Shown here piece after piece: positions 9,642 to 19,573 of a stretch of 64,000 nt of DNA. How positions within the stretch are numbered: position 1 is the first letter of the stretch; each line of letters opens with the position of its first letter. The stretch lies in the IMG/VR virus record IMGVR_UViG_3300030339_000025; one strand, given 5' to 3'. This stretch comes from a virus. The notes under the pieces are model-generated. The model was not told the DNA's origin, ran no database searches, and saw only the letters and a list, made by a program, of their open reading frames with translations. A program made the translations under genes and the position numbers.

Positions 9642-10842
9642 TTATATTTAATGTTTTTAATATAGATTTATAAACTTGATCTGGCGTTGGATGGCATTCA
9701 TACGTTAATTTATTTAAATAACAAATACCAGATTTTAATATTTGAGTACTATTGGTTTGATCAATTGATATTTTTGGATTTGCTAGGCATTCAGCTTGAC
9801 ATATACCTCTAACATAACTTAAATTATAATTTTCTATTCCTTTCCTTTTTCTATAATAACTTGTGTCCCAAGATGTTGACAATTCTGTAATATGATTATC
9901 TAAATTACAAAGTGATAATATATATAATCCATTATTCATAGTTACAAATGTTTTACTTTTATTTATTATATGATAAGCTTGTGAAATTGTATTTTGACAA
10001 GGATTATTTAATAAATTTAATCCATTTTTAATTTGAATATTAGAAAATTTTTTTGTTAGATTAGAATCTAAATATGTTTCTTTTCCTATTGCAACTATTG
10101 GAATATGCTCTTGTATTAATTCTATAAATTTTTGCCAATTGTTGTGACCCCAAGTTCTTTCAGGTTCTGTTTCAGATGGATTTATACAAATAAAATTTTC
10201 AGGTAAATTTTTAATATTCTCAAAAGGATCTGGATAAAATTCCATATCAAGTTCATTTGATTTTAATTGAAATCCACAATTATATGCACAAATTTGTTTA
10301 TGATCTATCAATCTCCAATTTGTATTCATAAGATTAAATAAGTGATGTATATCAAAATTAGTATCAAATGAATCTAATAATTGATTTAAATTATTATTTA
10401 TTTGTATAATTTTCTCAATATATGGATTATTAATAAATGCTGATGATATATAGGTTAATATTATAATCTTTTGATTATATATTTCTGACATTTTTTTTAT
10501 TGTTGGCGTTGCTGCTAAATTATCACCAATACCAACTTCTGAATGTAAAACTAAAACTTGCTTTTTTATTTTTTGATTATAAATAGTTTTAAAATTAAAA
10601 AATTGATCCTTAATTATATTATTGTTATATATAATCTCAACCTTTAACCCCTTTAATTCACTTAATTGTGTTGTTGAATACCATAATTCATTATGATCAA
10701 AAAAAGATAATGTACTATATAATAATATTGTACTATTATTATAAGAATTCCAATCATATAAATTAATTTTAGCTTTTAAAGTATAATCACAAGAGATATA
10801 TGTTTTGTTTTCATCTAAATTACATCTTACATTAAAATTCAT
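9622..10842 (-). CDS. glycosyltransferase, GT9 (heptosyltransferase)-like
   Basis: VLVLHSEVGIGDNLAATPTIKK resembles GT9 N-terminal GD...TP motif; weak. Confidence 0.35.
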   Translation of the reverse strand: MNFNVRCNLDENKTYISCDYTLKAKINLYDWNSYNNSTILLYSTLSFFDHNELWYSTTQLSELKGLKVEIIYNNNIIKDQFFNFKTIYNQKIKKQVLVLHSEVGIGDNLAATPTIKKMSEIYNQKIIILTYISSAFINNPYIEKIIQINNNLNQLLDSFDTNFDIHHLFNLMNTNWRLIDHKQICAYNCGFQLKSNELDMEFYPDPFENIKNLPENFICINPSETEPERTWGHNNWQKFIELIQEHIPIVAIGKETYLDSNLTKKFSNIQIKNGLNLLNNPCQNTISQAYHIINKSKTFVTMNNGLYILSLCNLDNHITELSTSWDTSYYRKRKGIENYNLSYVRGICQAECLANPKISIDQTNSTQILKSGICYLNKLTYECHPTPDQVYKSILKTLNINENTLF

Positions 10843-10846
10843 TTAT

Positions 10847-11598
10847 TTAATTTTTTATATTTTTTAATGCATCATTATAAAATTCTTCAACTCTCTCACT
10901 ACCAATATAACAACACTTTTTGTTTATGCAAGCTTTTGCCGTTGTGGAGATGCCAGAAAATGGATCATATATTAAAGATTTTTCAGGAAAATAGATATGA
11001 ATTAATTTTTCAACTAATTCACTTGAGTATGTTGCTTTTAGTTTAGTTTTAAAGCCATCATTATTTTTAGCTTCTATTAAATTAGTATAGTTTTTATAGA
11101 AATTTTGACCTGTTTTTTCATTAATTGTACTGATTTCTTTATTTGTTATAAAATCATGTAAATGGTTTTTTTTAACAATAATATATATTAATTCGCAAAT
11201 TCTACTCAATTTTGTTGGAGAGGTCTGGAATGGTATACTGGTTTTTTTTTTTTCCAGCTTATCACATCTGCTAGTGTTAAGTTGGTTTGTTTATGTACCT
11301 CTGAGATAAGTAGTTGAGGCAATATTGGATTTTCATTGTGATATGAAATATTGTAACATATCACACCATCATCTTTTAAGATCCTTTCAAATTCTTTAAA
11401 TTCGTTTAATCTTATTGATAAATATTCATCTTCTGGTAAGCCATCTGTTTCAGAATATCCATTATTATAATAACAATCATTTCTTTTACTACATATTGAA
11501 TAAGGTGGAGATGTTATAATTCCAGATATAAATTTATCTGACATTCTATTCATGGTAGTTAAATTATCTTCATTATAAATTTTATTTATTTCTATCAT
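10847..11598 (-). pseudogene. beta-class DNA (N6A/N4C) methyltransferase split in two ORFs at a 12-nt poly(A) tract
   Basis: ORF 11206..11598 carries motif IV SPPY. ORF 10847..11209 carries motif I DPFSGISTT, has a TTG start, and is 1 nt out of frame. A12/T12 homopolymer at 11242-11253 lies just upstream of the frame break. Confidence 0.55.
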
Positions 11599-11798
11599 TA
11601 ATATTTTATGTTTATATATAAAAAATGAATAAAAAAGTTTTATATATACTTATAAATAAAGAATAATAAATATGAAAACAAAAAAAACATTCACAATAGA
11701 TGAAAAACTTTGGAAAAAATTTGAAATTATTTCTAATAAATTGTCTATCAATAAATCATTATATTTTGAAAATTGTATAAAAAAATTAATAAAGGAAA

Positions 11799-12926
11799 AT
11801 GATAATTCAGAAAACGATAAAATTTAAAGTAAATAGTAAAGATATAAAATATTACAATAATTTAGGTTATAATATAAATTCATGTGTTGAAATAGAAATA
11901 CCCATAATAGATTTACAAAAAGGTAGTTGTAGAAAAATAAAAGTTAAGTGCGATATATGTGATGATGAAAAAATGTTATCTTATGCCATGTATAATATGA
12001 ATATTAAAAAAACTAATATTTATTGTTGTTGTGAAAAATGTGCAAATATTAAACGTGAAAAAACAAATATTAAAAAATATGGTAAGAAATATCAAGTTGA
12101 AACTGATAATTTTAAAATTAAATCTAAGAAAACAAAATTAGAAAAATATAACGATGAAGGTTATACAAATAGAGAGAAATATATTGAAACATGTGAAAAA
12201 AAATATAATTGCATTAATGTTTTTCAAACAGATGAAGTTAAAGAAAAGTTAAGAATAACAAAAAAGGAGAAATATGATAACGAAAGCTATAATAATTATA
12301 ATAAAATTAAATTAACAAAAAAAGAAAAATATAATGATGAAAATTATAATAATCATGAAAAATATGTTGAAACCTGTTTAGAGAAATATAATGTGGATAA
12401 CACATTATCACTTATAAATAAAGAAGATAGAATAAATAATATTAAGGAATGGTTTAAAAATAATCCAGAGGAACGTATAAAACGAAAAATATGGATGGCA
12501 TCTGATAAATTTAAACAAAAATCTAAAAAAACATGCGTAGAGAGATATGGCGTAGACCATCCTATGCATCTTGATTCAGTTGTTTTAAAAAATCATATAT
12601 CTGGATATTGGCTGAAAAAATATAAAGATACAGAATTATATTATAGAGGAACATATGAACTTAATTTTTTAGATAAATACTATAATAAAATAGATATTAA
12701 TAATTGTAAATCATTATATTATATTTTTAATAATAAAAAAAGAAAATATTATCCTGATTTTTTTATTGAAAGTTTAAATTTGATAATTGAAATAAAATCT
12801 ACATACACCTATAATAAGTTTTTAGAAATGAATTTAGAAAAACAAGCAGAATCTATAAGAAGTGGATTTAATTTTATATTTATTATAGATAAACATTATA
12901 CAGAATTTGAAAATTGTTTAAAATAA
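11799..12926 (+). CDS. putative PD-(D/E)xK nuclease with N-terminal Cys-rich region and internal EKYNDExYNN repeats
   Basis: C-terminal YYPDFFIESLNLIIEIK fits PD...ExK; ~2.5 internal ~40-aa repeats (TKKEKYDNESYNN...). Confidence 0.35.
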   Translation: MIIQKTIKFKVNSKDIKYYNNLGYNINSCVEIEIPIIDLQKGSCRKIKVKCDICDDEKMLSYAMYNMNIKKTNIYCCCEKCANIKREKTNIKKYGKKYQVETDNFKIKSKKTKLEKYNDEGYTNREKYIETCEKKYNCINVFQTDEVKEKLRITKKEKYDNESYNNYNKIKLTKKEKYNDENYNNHEKYVETCLEKYNVDNTLSLINKEDRINNIKEWFKNNPEERIKRKIWMASDKFKQKSKKTCVERYGVDHPMHLDSVVLKNHISGYWLKKYKDTELYYRGTYELNFLDKYYNKIDINNCKSLYYIFNNKKRKYYPDFFIESLNLIIEIKSTYTYNKFLEMNLEKQAESIRSGFNFIFIIDKHYTEFENCLK

Positions 12927-12961
12927 AAAAGAGACTATTTTGAAAATAATCTCTTTTTTTA
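12923..12961. terminator. bidirectional rho-independent terminator between convergent genes
   Basis: inverted repeat gagactatttt-ga-aaaataatctc flanked by A-run and T-run. Confidence 0.6.
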
Positions 12962-12974
12962 TATTATTAATTTA

Positions 12975-15900
12975 TTAATTAAATAGGTATTTAATACCAA
13001 ACATCATTTGCCATCTTGAACTAATACCTGTTGAATTTTGGTATGGTTGAGTAAATGGAGTTGTTCCTGTCTGGAATGGAAGCGAAAATGAAGGAGTTTT
13101 TCCATCTGCAGCGAGACCTTCATATTTTAATATGTTAGTAGCTGTAGGAATTTTAACAACACCCCAATCTCTGTTAATTAAGTTTCCAGCATTAATCATA
13201 TCCACTGAAAACTTAAGTGTGTGTGTCTTAAATTTAATATCTTGTGTAATATTTAAATCTAAGTGACTAAAGTATGGCGCTACAGTTGCATTTCTTTTAG
13301 AGTATTGACCCCTGTGAGTATTAAGATAGGTTGAATTAGAAATAAAAGCGTCTAATTGTGACCAAATTTGTGCAGATGTTCTTGTGTCAGTAACACCTGT
13401 TGTAATTGTACCTAAACCTCCAGAGCCGACTTTAACTAGGTTGATGTCAGCAATTGTTTTTGGAATATACATCAAGTCATTACCTGAATTACCATCACCA
13501 TTTAAGTCACCATTATAAACATATGAATTTACACCGTTATTAGTTAATTCGTAAATTGCTCCAAATGTTGTAGCAAGATATTTTCCTTCATTTAGTTTGT
13601 AAGCGAAGTTGGCAATAAGTCTGTTTGGCTGATAATATGACGCATAACCCAAATTAGCCGCATTAGGATCCTGATTAGAAACAGGTACTGCACTCCATAA
13701 TGACGAGGCTGTTGATCCATATTCTGCGGTGTTCTTGGATACTGAACGTGTGTATGCTATACCATAGGCTAAATTTTCAGTAGTTCTTTGAATTTTTGCA
13801 GTCAAAGTGTAAACATAGCCTTTACTTGAATTACTCATTAAAATTGCATTACCTATATTAGGATTTTCTAAGGTCGCTGTTGGCGTTCCTGCATAATATT
13901 TGTTAGTATTTGCAACCGAAGTTAAGTAACGGGTTCTGTTATCAACACCACCTAATGCAAATCCGTTGGACTCATTTAAATTTATGTTAGAGTAATAAAC
14001 TGCATTAATGTCTTGTGTATAATTGTATTCAGCGCCAATCATCCAGCCATCTTCCAATCTCTTATCAATAGCTAAAGATGACTTCCAAGCTGTTGGATAT
14101 TTAAAGTTGCTAGAAACCAAAGCAGTACTATAAGAAGCATTAGCAGATCCAGCTGTTGGTCTTAAAGCATTAGGATCAACATTAAACGCTGTTTTGTTAG
14201 CTGCATTGGTGAATGAACCAAATTGAATACCATTGTTTGAAGCCTGGTTAGAAATCCAAACGAATGGTGGAGGTCCTGCGAAGATACCAGTACCTCCTCT
14301 GACTTGTAATGTTTTATCACCTTTAGGATTCCAGTTGAAACCTAATCTTGGTGAAACAATAATATTATTCATTGGAGCTTTACCAATGTTATAAGTCGAT
14401 CCATCTTTGAATTTTAATGCATCAAATGTTGGATTATCTGTCATTGACTGTTTGTAGAAGGTTTCATCAAGTCTCAAGCCAAAAGTTAAGGTGAAATCAT
14501 TTGATACTTTCCACTTATCCTGTATGAACTGAGATAATTCTGTTGATCCGGCATTAGCCCAAGGAAATTCACCATTAGGTAAAGCTGAATATTGCAAGTA
14601 GTATGATTTAGCATTTAACTTTCCGTTTTTTGCTGAATTATAAAAGTCTGTCAAGCTATTGAATTGATAAACACCTTGATAACCAGGCGCAAATGCGTTT
14701 TGATATTTTTTAATTGAGTTTTGAGTACCTACTGTGAGTTCATGCGCACCTTTATAATAAGTTAAGATGTCATTTAATTGATAAACGTCTGTATTCAATA
14801 CGTTATTGTAAGTGTACATTTCGTAACCAAAGGTTGTATAAATATTACCATTGTTTAAAATATCAACTAATGGGAAAGTTCCACTACTAGAATGAGGAGA
14901 ACGGAAATCTCTCAATGCAGTATAACCAATTTGTAATTTATTTGATAGCCTATTATTGAAATGAGTATTCAATTCAGCAATAAAAATATTAAAGTTATTA
15001 TTGATTACATAACCACTACCATAGAAAGGCATTGAATAGGTACCTGGCTGCCCACCAGTTGTTTGACCAGAGCCTGGTCTTGAAGTAGATGCAAATTGAT
15101 CGGATGATGATTTTAAGTAGTTGTATTTTAATGTAAAAGTATTCTTACTATTAATGTTCCAGTCTAATTTTGCAGTAATTTTATCAGAATAGGTTTTGAA
15201 AGTATAACCTTGAAAAGCACCTGGATCATATCCAAACTTGGTCTTTAAGAAACTAGATAAAGCTGATAAAGTGTCAGCGTTTGCTTGAGAATAGTTTCCA
15301 CCAGCAGCATGAGATGCGTCTGAAGGCAGCATGGAAGTCGCTGGTGCATCTTGTCTAACTTGTTCTCCACTTACGAAGAAAAATAATTTGTCTTTGATAA
15401 TTGGACCTCCTAAACTAAATCCTTTGATAGAATAATCAAAAGGAGTTTTTACAACTGTTGTTGGACCAACATTGTAACCTAAATAATTTTCATTCCTAGA
15501 ATATTGATAAATAGTTCCTTTGAAAGTATTTGTTCCACTTTTAGTTACGGTGTTAACGCCTGTTCCAGCAAATCCACCTTGCTTAACATCATATGGTGAT
15601 ACGTTAACTTGAATTTGTTCAATAGCTTCTAATGAAATTGGTTGTGCGGATGTTTGTCCACCTAAGATAGATGATAGACCAAATGAGTTATTAAAATTAG
15701 CTCCATCAACTGTCATATTATTATATTGACTACTTCTGCCGCCAATATTCAATCCTTGGGAGGTAGGTTCTAATTTTACAAAATCTTGAATTGAACGATT
15801 TATTGTTGGTAAACGATCAACTTGAGCTCTTGTTATTAACTCCTGAGAACCAGTTCTTGAACTACTAAATGTCTTGTCTTGAACGCCTTTTACAATAACT

Positions 15901-16250
15901 TCTCCTACTTGGATCGCTTCATCAGTAAGTTCAAAATTTTGTTTAAATGTTTGACCTAAATTCAGAAAGATATTGTTTATTTTTTCTGATTTAAGTCCAA
16001 CAAAAGCTGTTGTTAAAGTATATGGCCCACCAATTTTTAAATTTGGTAAGTTATAACGACCATCAGTTCTAGTCGTTGTCATATACTTAGTGCCTGTTGG
16101 AACATGAACTGCCATTACTACAACATCTTGTAATGGCGACTTGCCTTCTAAAATTGTTCCTGAAATTTCAGAAGTGGTTTCTTGTGATTTTGCTATTATT
16201 GAAAACAATATAAGCATTATCACTAACATCACTCTTTTTAATTTTCTCAT
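12975..16250 (-). CDS. TonB-dependent outer-membrane receptor, SusC/RagA-like
   Basis: Signal peptide MRKLKRVMLVIMLILFSIIA. Carboxypeptidase-regulatory-like N-domain, plug and a large beta-barrel. C-terminal ...GIKYLFN aromatic terminus. Confidence 0.8.
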   Translation of the reverse strand: MRKLKRVMLVIMLILFSIIAKSQETTSEISGTILEGKSPLQDVVVMAVHVPTGTKYMTTTRTDGRYNLPNLKIGGPYTLTTAFVGLKSEKINNIFLNLGQTFKQNFELTDEAIQVGEVIVKGVQDKTFSSSRTGSQELITRAQVDRLPTINRSIQDFVKLEPTSQGLNIGGRSSQYNNMTVDGANFNNSFGLSSILGGQTSAQPISLEAIEQIQVNVSPYDVKQGGFAGTGVNTVTKSGTNTFKGTIYQYSRNENYLGYNVGPTTVVKTPFDYSIKGFSLGGPIIKDKLFFFVSGEQVRQDAPATSMLPSDASHAAGGNYSQANADTLSALSSFLKTKFGYDPGAFQGYTFKTYSDKITAKLDWNINSKNTFTLKYNYLKSSSDQFASTSRPGSGQTTGGQPGTYSMPFYGSGYVINNNFNIFIAELNTHFNNRLSNKLQIGYTALRDFRSPHSSSGTFPLVDILNNGNIYTTFGYEMYTYNNVLNTDVYQLNDILTYYKGAHELTVGTQNSIKKYQNAFAPGYQGVYQFNSLTDFYNSAKNGKLNAKSYYLQYSALPNGEFPWANAGSTELSQFIQDKWKVSNDFTLTFGLRLDETFYKQSMTDNPTFDALKFKDGSTYNIGKAPMNNIIVSPRLGFNWNPKGDKTLQVRGGTGIFAGPPPFVWISNQASNNGIQFGSFTNAANKTAFNVDPNALRPTAGSANASYSTALVSSNFKYPTAWKSSLAIDKRLEDGWMIGAEYNYTQDINAVYYSNINLNESNGFALGGVDNRTRYLTSVANTNKYYAGTPTATLENPNIGNAILMSNSSKGYVYTLTAKIQRTTENLAYGIAYTRSVSKNTAEYGSTASSLWSAVPVSNQDPNAANLGYASYYQPNRLIANFAYKLNEGKYLATTFGAIYELTNNGVNSYVYNGDLNGDGNSGNDLMYIPKTIADINLVKVGSGGLGTITTGVTDTRTSAQIWSQLDAFISNSTYLNTHRGQYSKRNATVAPYFSHLDLNITQDIKFKTHTLKFSVDMINAGNLINRDWGVVKIPTATNILKYEGLAADGKTPSFSLPFQTGTTPFTQPYQNSTGISSRWQMMFGIKYLFN

Positions 16251-16311
16251 ACTTAATTTTTGATTTTTTTTGTTAATTAATTTTAATTTGATTTTTATAT
16301 AAAAAAAATGT

Positions 16312-16327
16312 TGTAGTTTAAACTACA
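16312..16327. promoter_or_regulatory. perfect 16-bp palindrome upstream of TonB receptor gene (candidate operator)
   Basis: tgtagttt|aaactaca, within larger near-palindrome aaaatgttgtagtttaaactacatttt, ~65 bp upstream of start at 16250. Confidence 0.3.
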
Positions 16328-16421
16328 TTTTTCATTTTTGAAGAATTTTCTCTGATTATTTTATCTTTAATTTTTTTAAATGTTTAATATTATTATAATT
16401 TTTATTTATTTTTTAACATTT

Positions 16422-16661
16422 TCATTTATAAGATTGTAACATTTTTAATTTTTCAACTCTATTTTTTTTAAATAAAAGAGGACAAAAATCAGGAGTTATT
16501 TTATCAGGTCCGATATTACCTAACATTAATTGTGGACCATTTTTCGTTATAATTATATTTTTATGATAGCAAGAATATGGATTTTTTATATAAAGATTGA
16601 CTTTTTTTAAATGCTCACAATCTTTGCAAGAAAAAACTTTTATTAAAATTGGGCCTTTCAT
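16422..16661 (-). CDS. small Cys-rich protein, paralogue of 16658..16924
   Basis: MKGPILIKVFSCKDCEHL...ITPDFCPLLFKKNRVEKLKML; tandem duplicate. Confidence 0.4.
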   Translation of the reverse strand: MKGPILIKVFSCKDCEHLKKVNLYIKNPYSCYHKNIIITKNGPQLMLGNIGPDKITPDFCPLLFKKNRVEKLKMLQSYK

Positions 16662-16924
16662 TTTAATTTTTTTAATTTTTCAACTCTATTTCTTTTAAAT
16701 AAAAGAGGACAAATGTCAGGTGTTATTTTATCATACCTTATTGGGCATACAAAAAATGTACTACAATCTGGATATTCTAATTTTAGTTCATCTTCTTGTA
16801 TAACTATATCTTTATGATTACATAGATATGGTGGTTTTTGGATTGAAAAATTAAGTCCTGTAGTATCTACTAAATGAATACAATCTTTGCAAGAAAAAAT
16901 TTTTATTAATATTGGTCCTTTCAT
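16658..16924 (-). CDS. small Cys-rich protein, paralogue of 16422..16661
   Basis: MKGPILIKIFSCKDCIHL...ITPDICPLLFKRNRVEKLKKLK. Confidence 0.4.
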   Translation of the reverse strand: MKGPILIKIFSCKDCIHLVDTTGLNFSIQKPPYLCNHKDIVIQEDELKLEYPDCSTFFVCPIRYDKITPDICPLLFKRNRVEKLKKLK

Positions 16925-18199
16925 TTAGATATTTTTTATTATTTCAAGTGCTTTATTAGCAGAATTCTTCCAAGAAAATTCAGTTCTAATTAATTCTGAA
17001 TCTTCTAAAGCTTTCTTTTTATATTTCCAATAATTAACATAAACATCTCTCATCACTTTAGACAAATCATCAAAATCTGGTTCATAATAATTTCCTACAC
17101 CATTTGGTATAGGTTTTTCATCTAATATTTTAATTGGATGACCTTTTCCTTTTGCAAATTCTAATTGAGCACTACAGTTAGAATATATTGATGGTGTGCC
17201 ACAAGCCATAGATTCACACAATGGAAGATTCCAGCCTTCTGATCTTGAACAAGATAAAAATACATGACCATTTTTTAAATAATTAACATAATCTTGTCTA
17301 TTTACAAAATGTAAAATTTTTAATCTATTATCTTTAAAATTATAATGATTTAATCTTTCTTCTGTTGTTTTTAAACCATCATTACTATAATCAGCATTAT
17401 CTACTGCTAATATTAAATCAACTGGTTCTTCTGGCTTGAATGTTTTTAGAAATGTTGAAATAATTTCTGTTGTGGCTTTTCTATATTCCCATCTTCCAAA
17501 TAATACAAATTTGAATCTATTATCTTTATACATATCTAAATTATAATTAAAAAAATCTGGATTAAATATAGAATCATCAACAGCTTCAGGAACAATAAAA
17601 ATTTTATCTGTTGGATAACCTTGTTCTATAGCACATTGTTTTTGCCATTTTGATGGACACCAAAATTGATCAAATTTTTTAAGTATTTCAAAGAAAGTGT
17701 TATCATATTTTGTTGATTCCCAAACATTATATGCTATTTTAAATCCAGTATATTTATCAAGGCAATAATAATAATGGTGATTAGTTTCACTTAAAAGTAA
17801 ATCTATTTTTGATAAATTTGAATATTTTGCTTCTTCATTAACTTCATAATCACATAATCCAGATCCATAACTATTTTTTGATCCTTGATTACAATATAAA
17901 GTTTGTATATTTATTAGTTTTCTCTGATAATCAGTAATATATGTTTCTTTTGAGTGAGGATCATTATATCTACCATTTGAGTTAATTGATCCTAGTCCAT
18001 TCCAAGTTTTTCCTACTGTAAAATTTCTAATTTTTAATGGTGTTTTATAACTTAATGCGGTAAAGAAATCTCTAGCGTGTGCATTATAACCTGTTTGACC
18101 AATAAAACTTGTATGCCCTTGTATAAAAAAATCATTCATTTTTATTTTTTTATTTTTATAATTAATCCAAACATTGGAATTGAAAAATTGGATATCCAA
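16925..18199 (-). CDS. glycosyltransferase family 1 (GT4-type)
   Basis: C-terminal SRSEGWNLPLCESMACGTP motif (E-x7-E GT1 signature). Confidence 0.6.
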   Translation of the reverse strand: MDIQFFNSNVWINYKNKKIKMNDFFIQGHTSFIGQTGYNAHARDFFTALSYKTPLKIRNFTVGKTWNGLGSINSNGRYNDPHSKETYITDYQRKLINIQTLYCNQGSKNSYGSGLCDYEVNEEAKYSNLSKIDLLLSETNHHYYYCLDKYTGFKIAYNVWESTKYDNTFFEILKKFDQFWCPSKWQKQCAIEQGYPTDKIFIVPEAVDDSIFNPDFFNYNLDMYKDNRFKFVLFGRWEYRKATTEIISTFLKTFKPEEPVDLILAVDNADYSNDGLKTTEERLNHYNFKDNRLKILHFVNRQDYVNYLKNGHVFLSCSRSEGWNLPLCESMACGTPSIYSNCSAQLEFAKGKGHPIKILDEKPIPNGVGNYYEPDFDDLSKVMRDVYVNYWKYKKKALEDSELIRTEFSWKNSANKALEIIKNI

Positions 18200-18263
18200 T
18201 TTTTTTGCTTATCATAGAAAATCCCAATCCAAAAATCATACCATTTGAATATAAATTTTATTT

Positions 18264-19091
18264 TCATTCTCCATATAATTCTTTTATTCTTTGAAGTTTT
18301 TTAGCTCTATAATATCCTATACTTCTAGTATTTATTTTTAAAAATTGATGTTTTTGATTTATTCCTATATCATCAACAGAAAAAAATATAGATAAGGTTT
18401 TTTGATAAAAACTTATATTAGAATATTCTTGTGTTATTATATTATCATTTTCATCAGTTAAAATAGTACAAATTACTCCAGGTTGATCTATATTATTTTT
18501 ACGACCAATTAAAATTATATCATCATCAATTAAATCATCAATAATATATGGAATATTACCAATTAAAAGATTATCATTGGTGTCATATGATAAATTCATA
18601 TCTAATAAATAATTTAGAATATATTTATATGTATTATTATTTGATACTAACCATTGCGCTGGACCTAGTCTACCTTCAGACGCAATATAGTTACTTGCTG
18701 ATATAAGTTTAGAATATACTTTTTTTGAAATTGATGATGAATCGTCGTTTATATTTTGTATATTAATAATATCTAATTTATTCATAGGTGCATTTATTCT
18801 ATTTTTTTCACCTAATTCTGTTATTATTTTAAAATATGCCTTATTTATTTCATTTTTAATATAATTATATAAAAAATATGTTTTTTGTATATCATTTGTT
18901 CTATCTAATAATACGTTTTCTTCAATAATAATGTCCAAATTATGTAAATTAATATTTTTTGAAAATATTTGCGGTGAAATTGAAAATGAACTTCTTTGAA
19001 GATCAATAAATTTCACATTTATTTTATGTTTATTAACTCCTTTTACTATATAAAATTTATTATCAAAAAGTTCTGCTTTTATTTTTTGCAT
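18264..19091 (-). CDS. hypothetical protein
   Basis: 275-aa ORF. Confidence 0.3.
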   Translation of the reverse strand: MQKIKAELFDNKFYIVKGVNKHKINVKFIDLQRSSFSISPQIFSKNINLHNLDIIIEENVLLDRTNDIQKTYFLYNYIKNEINKAYFKIITELGEKNRINAPMNKLDIINIQNINDDSSSISKKVYSKLISASNYIASEGRLGPAQWLVSNNNTYKYILNYLLDMNLSYDTNDNLLIGNIPYIIDDLIDDDIILIGRKNNIDQPGVICTILTDENDNIITQEYSNISFYQKTLSIFFSVDDIGINQKHQFLKINTRSIGYYRAKKLQRIKELYGE

Positions 19092-19110
19092 GATTATTTA
19101 TTTTTTTTTT

Positions 19111-19497
19111 TTAATATTCAAAATCTCTAGCTATTGTCCAATCAATATCATTTATAATATTTTCTAAAGATTTATAAATATCAATATTACCATCATCAAA
19201 CCATATAATGCCTAATATTTTCATATTCATAGTAGTCAATGATGCTATGCATAATCTAGTTTTTAATACTGTTGGGTATTCTTCTTGATATTTTTTTATG
19301 AGTTGATATGGTTCATTATATGTAATTTTATTGCATATTTCAATAGCGTTATCTATAAAAATATGTTCATCATCAACTACTCTTTTTACACTTGATATAT
19401 ATACACCAGAATATGTGTTACTAGTATATGTACAATCTATTTTTATTTCTTCATTTAATTTGTAAGTTTTAAATGGTCCTGTTCCAGCTTGAATCAT
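19111..19497 (-). CDS. hypothetical protein
   Basis: 128-aa ORF. Confidence 0.3.
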   Translation of the reverse strand: MIQAGTGPFKTYKLNEEIKIDCTYTSNTYSGVYISSVKRVVDDEHIFIDNAIEICNKITYNEPYQLIKKYQEEYPTVLKTRLCIASLTTMNMKILGIIWFDDGNIDIYKSLENIINDIDWTIARDFEY

Positions 19498-19573
19498 TAT
19501 TTAGAATTATTTTTAATAACATATACTAAAAATGTGTTTTTGTTTTTTAATATATAAAGAAAAAAGTGCGACA

